In this document: piece after piece, positions 25,136 to 32,034 of the stretch
How the letters are laid out: each line of letters starts with the position of its first letter
Numbering within the stretch: position 1 is the first letter of the stretch
NCBI GenBank assembly: GCA_025963875.1
Contig: JAOPZY010000159.1
Coordinates: forward strand, 1 to 32,034
Source of the DNA: Actinomycetota bacterium
GTDB taxonomy: Bacteria; Actinomycetota; CADDZG01; JAHWKV01; JAOPZY01
Direction of reading: 5' to 3'
DNA: 32,034 nucleotides
Notes under the pieces: model-generated
The model's input: only the letters and a program-made list of their open reading frames with translations
What the model was told of the DNA's origin: nothing
Database searches by the model: none
Program-made: the position numbers and the translations under genes

Positions 25136-26071
25136 CTACACGGGCGCCGGTCGCGCGCCGGCTCCCCCCAACCAGGCGCCCACGGCGGTCCGTGCCTCCT
25201 GGGAGCTCAGCAGGTCGAGGAACTGGATGCAGCTGCCGCTGAGCGGGTCGGCCTCCAGGTAGAGCACGTACCATTTCCGCCGCAGCGGCGTGCCGGCGAC
25301 CCGGAGCCGGCAGAGTGCCCCGCTCGCCAGCTCCGCCGCGACCGCGTGCGCCGAGATCAGCGCCACCCCCAGGCCGGCGGCGGCGGCCTGCTTCACGGCG
25401 CCGTTGCTCCCGAGCGTCATCGCCGAGCCGACCTGGAACCCGTTCTGCGCCCAGAACTCCTGGGTGGTCTCCCTCGTGCCCGAGCCCGGTTCGCGCACCA
25501 GCCAGGTTTCGGCCGCCAGGAGGGCCGGGTCGACGGACTCCTCTTCGCCGTAGGCGTGGTCGTGGGGCGCGACGACGATCAGCTCGTTGTCGAGGAAGGG
25601 GACGCCGCGGATGCCGCGGCCCTCCGGGGGGCGTCCGCCGAAGCCGAGGTCGGCCTCCCGGGCGGTGATCCGGTCCACGACCGTCGCGCGGTTGCCGACC
25701 TCCATCCTGAGCTGGACGTCGCGGTGGGCCTCCCGGAAGACTTTGAGGATGGGCGGCAGGACGTACTCGCCTGCCGTGGTGACCGCCACGAGGTTGAGCG
25801 GCGCCGCCTGCCCCGCCGCCTCGCGGGTCCGGCGTACCGCCTGCTCGGTGAGGCCGAGGATCTGGGCCGCATACCGGGCCAGCTCGGTCCCCGCCGCTGT
25901 GAGCCGGATGCCGCGTCCGTCACGTTCGACCAGGGCAACCTGCAATTCGTCGCGCAGGGCGGCGAGCGCCGCCGACACCGAGGGCTCGGTGATCAGCAGC
26001 GATGCGGCGGCCCCGCGGACGGAGCCCTGCCTCGCCACTTCGAGGAACGTCTTGAGCTGGGAAAAGGTCAT
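25136..26071 (-). CDS. cbbR: LysR-type regulator CbbR
   Basis: MTFSQLKTFLEVARQGSVRGAA..EPSVSA HTH, LTAAG, VTTAGEYVLP, REPGSGTR, LGSNGAVKQAAAAGLG; divergent from cbbL. Confidence 0.92.
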   Translation of the reverse strand: MTFSQLKTFLEVARQGSVRGAAASLLITEPSVSAALAALRDELQVALVERDGRGIRLTAAGTELARYAAQILGLTEQAVRRTREAAGQAAPLNLVAVTTAGEYVLPPILKVFREAHRDVQLRMEVGNRATVVDRITAREADLGFGGRPPEGRGIRGVPFLDNELIVVAPHDHAYGEEESVDPALLAAETWLVREPGSGTRETTQEFWAQNGFQVGSAMTLGSNGAVKQAAAAGLGVALISAHAVAAELASGALCRLRVAGTPLRRKWYVLYLEADPLSGSCIQFLDLLSSQEARTAVGAWLGGAGARPAPV

Positions 26072-26110
26072 CGGGCTGCCTAGGGGATCCTCGAATCGCT
26101 CGATTACGAC

Positions 26111-26177
26111 TTAGAGCTAGGTCTAATGAATTCAGCAGAAAATTAAATTGTAATCTTGCCGTGGACATGCCTATCAT
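26111..26177 (+). promoter_or_regulatory. cbbL promoter with probable CbbR site
   Basis: AT-rich island; inverted repeat TTAGA-N6-TCTAA 26111-26126; -35 TTGTAA 26148-26153, 18-nt spacer, -10 TATCAT 26172-26177. Confidence 0.6.
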
Positions 26178-26179
26178 GA

Positions 26180-27715
<1,536 letters not shown>

Positions 27716-27747
27716 GGCCCACCGAGAACGAGACAAGGAGTTTCCAC

Positions 27748-28197
27748 ATGCATGTGACGCAGGGCACGTTCAGCTACCTGCCCGCTCTCTCGGACGACGA
27801 GATCCGGGCGCAGATCCAGTACGGCATCGACCAGGGCTGGGCGGTGGCCATCGAGTTCACCGACGACATCCACCCCCGCAACGTCTACTGGGAGATGTGG
27901 GGCTTCCCGGACTTCGACGCCAAGGACTCCGCGGCCGGCCTCTTCGAAGTCAACCGCTGCCGCGAGGCGTACCCGAACCAGTACATCCGGGTGACGCTGT
28001 ACAACCCGAAGCTGACCAAGCAGACGATCGGCCTCCAGTTCATCGTCAACCGGCCCGGCAACGAGCCCGGGTACCGGCTGGACCGCCAGGAGTCCAACGA
28101 CCGGGTCATCCGCTACACCCTCGTGCCGTACGCCAACGAGAAGCCCCACGGCGACCGGTACGCCGAGGGTGCCTATGGCGACTACCACGGGAACTAG
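27748..28197 (+). CDS. cbbS: RuBisCO small subunit (red-type)
   Basis: MHVTQGTFSYLPALSDDEI, IEFTDDIHPRNVYWEMWG, FIVNRPGNEPGYRLDRQE..RVIRYTL red-type C-terminal hairpin; AAGGAG RBS before ATG 27748. Confidence 0.97.
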   Translation: MHVTQGTFSYLPALSDDEIRAQIQYGIDQGWAVAIEFTDDIHPRNVYWEMWGFPDFDAKDSAAGLFEVNRCREAYPNQYIRVTLYNPKLTKQTIGLQFIVNRPGNEPGYRLDRQESNDRVIRYTLVPYANEKPHGDRYAEGAYGDYHGN

Positions 28198-28215
28198 GCC
28201 ACAGATGGGTAGGTG

Positions 28216-28243
28216 ACGGCGGGGGGCCCTGGCCCCCCGCCGT
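28216..28243 (+). terminator. Strong hairpin between cbbS and cbbX (partial terminator / mRNA stabiliser)
   Basis: ACGGCGGGGGGCC-CT-GGCCCCCCGCCGT perfect 13-bp inverted repeat. Confidence 0.7.
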
Positions 28244-28281
28244 TCCAACTACGGACAACGACACCACAGGAGTGAACAGCG

Positions 28282-29442
28282 ATGGACGAATCGACCAACG
28301 AGGCCCCGGCCCCCGAGGTGCCTGTCCGCATGGCGACCAAGGGCCTGGGCTGGTCCGGAAGAGAGACGGCCGACGAGGTCGACGGGGCGGCGGCCCCGCC
28401 CACCCCGACGCTCAAGCCAGCGACGAAGAAGCCCCCGGCTCCGCCCATGGGCCCGGGCATGGTGCGCCCCGAGGTCGAGCGCTTCGGCGAGACGGAGACC
28501 GACTCGGTGTTCGACCTGGCCGGCATCAACGACCCGCTGGCCGAGATCCCCGACGACCTCGTCGTCGACGCCGGCAAGCTGTTCAACGACACGCGGATCT
28601 TCGACGTCCTCGACGCCCTCGACCGTGAGCTGGTCGCTCTCGACGTCGTCAAGCGCCGGGTCCGGGAGGTCGCCTCGCTGCTGCTGATCGACCGGCTGCG
28701 GCGCACCCTGAACCTCGAGTCCGAGCAGCCCACCCTGCACATGTCCTTCACCGGCAATCCCGGCACGGGCAAGACGACGGTGGCCATGAAGATGGGCCAG
28801 ATCCTGTGGAAGCTCGGGTTCGTCCGGAAGGGTCATATCGTGGTGGCCAGCCGCGACGACCTCGTCGGCCAGTACGTCGGCCACACCGCCCCCAAGACCC
28901 GGGAGGTCCTGAAACGGGCGATGGGCGGCGTGCTGTTCATCGACGAGGCCTACAACATGTACCGCGTCGACAACGAGCGGGACTACGGCCAGGAGACGGT
29001 CGAGATGCTCCTCCAGGTCATGGAGAACGACCGCCAGGACATCGTCGTGATCATGGCCGGCTACGAGAAGCAGATGAACCGCTTCTTCGCCGATGTGCCC
29101 GGCATCTCCTCCCGAATCGCTCACCACCTGACGTTCCCCGACTACGAGGTTCCCGAACTGATGGCCATCGCCCGGCTGATGCTGGCGACGCAGCGCTACC
29201 GCTTCGCTCCGGACGCCGAAAAGGCGTTCGAGGAGTACATCACCCTGCGCAAGGGCCAGGACAACTTCGCCAACGGCCGCAGCGTCCGCAACGCCCTGGA
29301 GCGCCTGCGGATGCGCCAGGCGATCCGGCTGTTCGACGCAGCGAACCGGGGTCGCAAGCTCACGAAGGGCGACCTGGTGACGATCGAGGCCGAGGACGTC
29401 CTCCAGAGCCGGGTGTTCGAGGGCGGCGTCTTCGACAACTGA
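28282..29442 (+). CDS. cbbX: CbbX AAA+ RuBisCO activase with N-terminal extension
   Basis: LHMSFTGNPGTGKTTVA, RDDLVGQYVGHTAPKT, GGVLFIDEAY, ERDYGQE, LLQVMEN, FANGRSVRNALER; follows cbbS. Confidence 0.96.
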   Translation: MDESTNEAPAPEVPVRMATKGLGWSGRETADEVDGAAAPPTPTLKPATKKPPAPPMGPGMVRPEVERFGETETDSVFDLAGINDPLAEIPDDLVVDAGKLFNDTRIFDVLDALDRELVALDVVKRRVREVASLLLIDRLRRTLNLESEQPTLHMSFTGNPGTGKTTVAMKMGQILWKLGFVRKGHIVVASRDDLVGQYVGHTAPKTREVLKRAMGGVLFIDEAYNMYRVDNERDYGQETVEMLLQVMENDRQDIVVIMAGYEKQMNRFFADVPGISSRIAHHLTFPDYEVPELMAIARLMLATQRYRFAPDAEKAFEEYITLRKGQDNFANGRSVRNALERLRMRQAIRLFDAANRGRKLTKGDLVTIEAEDVLQSRVFEGGVFDN

Positions 29443-29479
29443 GCACGACGGCTTCCCAACGAGAACAAGGCAGAACACG

Positions 29480-29513
29480 GCAGGCCCCCGGCCCCGCAGG
29501 CTCGGGGGCCTGC
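29480..29513 (+). terminator. Hairpin after cbbX
   Basis: GCAGGCCCCCG (29480-29490) / CGGGGGCCTGC (29503-29513) 11-bp stem. Confidence 0.6.
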
Positions 29514-29564
29514 TCGCGTCCGGAGGGGCCCGTCGCAATACCCGGCCACTGGGGTCCACGACCG

Positions 29565-29596
29565 CTATTGCAAACTGGATGCAATAGTCCTAGCAT
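29565..29596 (+). promoter_or_regulatory. Sigma-70 promoter overlapped by a Nur/Fur-family-like operator
   Basis: CTATTGCA-N7-TGCAATAG perfect inverted repeat 29565-29587 containing TTGCAA-N5-ATGCAA; -35 TTGCAA 29568-29573, 17-nt spacer, -10 TAGCAT 29591-29596. Confidence 0.7.
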
Positions 29597-29623
29597 GACT
29601 GTTCGGCAACGAGGGGGAAGCTC

Positions 29624-31651
29624 GTGCACATTCCGGACGGTTATCTCAGCCCTGTCACCTGCGCGGCCCTCTACGCTGCGGACCTGCCCGTGTGGGCGGT
29701 CGCCGCCAAGCGGGTCAACAGGGTCGTCAAGACCCGGGACGTGCCGCTGCTCGCCGTCGGCGCCGCCTTCTGCTTCCTGACCATGATGTTCAACGTCCCC
29801 GTCCCCGGCGGGACCACGGCCCATGCCGTCGGCGCCGTCCTCGTGGCGATCCTGCTGGGTCCCTCGGCGGCGATCATCGCGGTGTCGGCGGCGCTGGCCG
29901 TCCAGGCCCTCTTCTTCGGCGACGGGGGGATCCTCGCCCTCGGGGCCAACGTCTTCAACATGGCGGTCGTCATGACGCTCGCCGGCTATGGCATCTACCG
30001 GCTCCTCGCCCGCGGCAGCGGCCTGGCGTCGCCCCGGCGGGCGCTGGCGGCGGGCATCGGGGCCTACGCCGGCCTCAACGCCGCGGCCCTGTGCGCCGCC
30101 GTCGAGCTCGGCCTGCAGCCGGCGCTCTTCCACGCCGCCGACGGCACCCCCCTCTACGCCCCGTTCCACCTCTCACAGGCGCTGCCACCGGTGATGCTGG
30201 CCCACCTCACCGTCGCCGGCGGGGTCGAGCTGGCGATGACGCTCGGCATTGTCGCCTACCTCCAGCGGGCGAACCTGCCGCTGCTGGCAGGCAGCCACCC
30301 CCGGCTGCGGGAGCCGGAACCGGGGCAGGCGCCGCGGCGGCGAACGGGCTGGCGCTGGGGGTTGGCAGCCCTCGGGGCGATGGCGGTGCTGACGCCGCTC
30401 GGCCTGCTCGCAAGCGGGGGAGCGTTCGGCGAGGCGAAGCCGGGGCAACTGGACCTGGCCAGGTACCACCTCAAGGCCGTCCCGGCTGGCCTGCGGCACT
30501 ACGCCGGCGTCTGGCACCACGCTCTTCTCGACGGCTACGGCTTCGCCGGAGGCAGCCACCCCGTGATCGGCTACCTGGTGTCGGCGGCGGCCGGCGCCGG
30601 CGCGATCGCCGCCGTCTTCCTCGCCGTGTTCGCCTTCCGTCGCTGGATGCCCCGGCCGGTCGCGCCGGCGGAGACAGCGGGGCGCCCGCCGGTGTCCTCG
30701 CGGGCCGGGGCCGTCCCGGCGTGGTTGCTGGCTCCGCAGGTCGACCTCGCCCCCGGCGCACACGCCGGCGGCCGGAGGGGCGGGGGAAGGAGGGCCAGCT
30801 TCGTGGACAAGACGCTCAACGGGGCGGCCGCGGTGATGCGCCAGGCGATCTTTGCCGAGGACACCTCGCAGGGCGGCGGCCTACTGCAACGGATCGACGC
30901 CCGGATCAAGGTCGTCTCCGTCGTCGCCCTCCTCGTCGCCGCCGGGCTGGTGCGCCACATCCCGGTCCTGCTCGTGCTCTACGCGGGTGCCCTGGCCCTG
31001 GCCGCTGCCTCCCGCATACCGCTGGGATTCTTCGTCCGGCGCGTGTGGCTGTTCATCCCGATCTTCACCGGCATCGTCGTACTGCCGGCCACGCTGTCGA
31101 TCGTCACGCCGGGCCACATCCAGGTCCACCTGGGGCACTGGTGGTTCGGTCATGAGGTGGGGATCACGAGCCAGGGACTGCTCGCTGGGGGGCTGATCGT
31201 CACCAGGGTGGCGGTCTCGATCTCGCTGGTCGTCCTCCTGACCCTGACCACGCCCTGGAGCAAGTTGCTGGCCGCGCTGCGGGCGCTGTTCGTGCCCCGG
31301 ATCTTCGTCGTTGTCCTCGGGATGTGCTACCGCTACATCTTCCACCTGCTGAACGCCGTCACCGACATGTACACGGCCCGCAAGGCGAGGGGCGGAGGGA
31401 GAAGGGGAGGCCGCCAGCGCAGGGACGTCGCCGCCGGCCGGTCGCTGGTGGCGGCGTCGGCCGGCGCTCTCTTCGGCAAGGCCAGCGCCTTGTCGGAGGA
31501 GGTCCACATGGCGATGACGTCCCGCGGCTACACGGGCAACATCGCGAACCTGGGCCAGCGCCGCCTGCACGCGATCGATCTCGCGTGGGGGCTGACCTGC
31601 GTCGCCGTTGCCGTCGCTGCCCTGGGAGGTGATCGTGTTCTCGGACGCTGA
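29624..31651 (+). CDS. nikM: ECF nickel/cobalt transporter, fused NikM/CbiM + NikN-like + NikQ/CbiQ
   Basis: N-terminal MHIPDGYL, MFNVPVPGGTTAH, QALFFGDGGILALGANVFNM; middle LTPLGLLA..AFGE..LLDGYGF..GYLVSA; C-terminal LLQRIDARIK, TTPWSKLLAALRAL.VP, YRYIF, ARKAR, MAMTSRGY, all in one 675-aa frame. Confidence 0.9.
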   Translation: MHIPDGYLSPVTCAALYAADLPVWAVAAKRVNRVVKTRDVPLLAVGAAFCFLTMMFNVPVPGGTTAHAVGAVLVAILLGPSAAIIAVSAALAVQALFFGDGGILALGANVFNMAVVMTLAGYGIYRLLARGSGLASPRRALAAGIGAYAGLNAAALCAAVELGLQPALFHAADGTPLYAPFHLSQALPPVMLAHLTVAGGVELAMTLGIVAYLQRANLPLLAGSHPRLREPEPGQAPRRRTGWRWGLAALGAMAVLTPLGLLASGGAFGEAKPGQLDLARYHLKAVPAGLRHYAGVWHHALLDGYGFAGGSHPVIGYLVSAAAGAGAIAAVFLAVFAFRRWMPRPVAPAETAGRPPVSSRAGAVPAWLLAPQVDLAPGAHAGGRRGGGRRASFVDKTLNGAAAVMRQAIFAEDTSQGGGLLQRIDARIKVVSVVALLVAAGLVRHIPVLLVLYAGALALAAASRIPLGFFVRRVWLFIPIFTGIVVLPATLSIVTPGHIQVHLGHWWFGHEVGITSQGLLAGGLIVTRVAVSISLVVLLTLTTPWSKLLAALRALFVPRIFVVVLGMCYRYIFHLLNAVTDMYTARKARGGGRRGGRQRRDVAAGRSLVAASAGALFGKASALSEEVHMAMTSRGYTGNIANLGQRRLHAIDLAWGLTCVAVAVAALGGDRVLGR

Positions 31652-32034
31652 CGGCTGCCTGCTCGAGCTCGACGGGGTGTCCTACTCGTACCTCCGGCGG
31701 TTCCCGGCCCTCGACCGGGTGTCCCTCGGCATACGGGCGGGCGAGAAGGTGGCCCTTCTCGGCGCCAACGGCTGCGGAAAGTCCACGCTCCTGAAGCTGC
31801 TCGACGGCTTGATCTTCCCCGATGCCGGCAGCTACACGGCGTTCGGGACCGAGGTCACCGACGACGCCCTGGAGGAGGAGCAGTTCAACGGCTCCTTCCG
31901 CTCCCGGGTGGGCTTCATCTTCCAGAACTCCGACGCCCAGGTCTTCTCGCCGACGGTGAGGGAGGAGATCGCCTTCGGGCCGCTCAACCTCGCGATGGCG
32001 GCCGAGGAGGTCGAGGAGCGGGTGGCGGACACCC
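31635..32034 (+). CDS. nikO: ECF transporter ATPase NikO/CbiO (truncated by window end)
   Basis: GTG 31635 after GGAGGT; MFSDADGCLLELDGVSYSY..GEKVALLGANGCGKSTLL..RVGFIFQNSDAQVFSPTVREEIAFGPLNL. Not in the ORF track because it has no stop in the window. Confidence 0.92.
   Translation, partial: MFSDADGCLLELDGVSYSYLRRFPALDRVSLGIRAGEKVALLGANGCGKSTLLKLLDGLIFPDAGSYTAFGTEVTDDALEEEQFNGSFRSRVGFIFQNSDAQVFSPTVREEIAFGPLNLAMAAEEVEERVADT

Overview
High-GC (roughly 70% by eye) bacterial window, most likely an Actinomycetota-like lineage (taxonomy inferred from GC content, gene families and leaderless promoters; not verified). The right half (17.2-32 kb) is a compact carbon-fixation island. On the minus strand it carries tal-rpe-tkt followed by a three-part transhydrogenase (pntAA-pntAB-pntB). 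A class II-like phosphoribulokinase is divergent from these, followed by cbbR, a red-type RuBisCO (cbbL-cbbS, form IE-like) with the activase cbbX, and an ECF metal importer with an apparent NikM-N-Q fusion behind a Nur-box-like operator. No FBP/SBP aldolase or bisphosphatase is in the cluster, while a transaldolase is, which suggests a transaldolase-type Calvin cycle. The left half holds the 3' end of a TadG-like gene, an ABC exporter, a GNAT, padR-chrA, a 1497-aa class A PBP with four Cys-containing Ig-like repeats, two VOC proteins, a Zn-ribbon-like hypothetical, hemE-hemH, a double-SIS (GmhA-like) protein, a SigG-like ECF sigma factor and an AbiEi/DUF559 gene. The most unexpected signal is non-coding: two copies of a 57-bp hairpin element (9901-9957 and 16236-16292) with identical architecture and compensatory base changes, one sitting on the promoter of the AbiEi/DUF559 gene. 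All family assignments come from motif recognition, not database searches.
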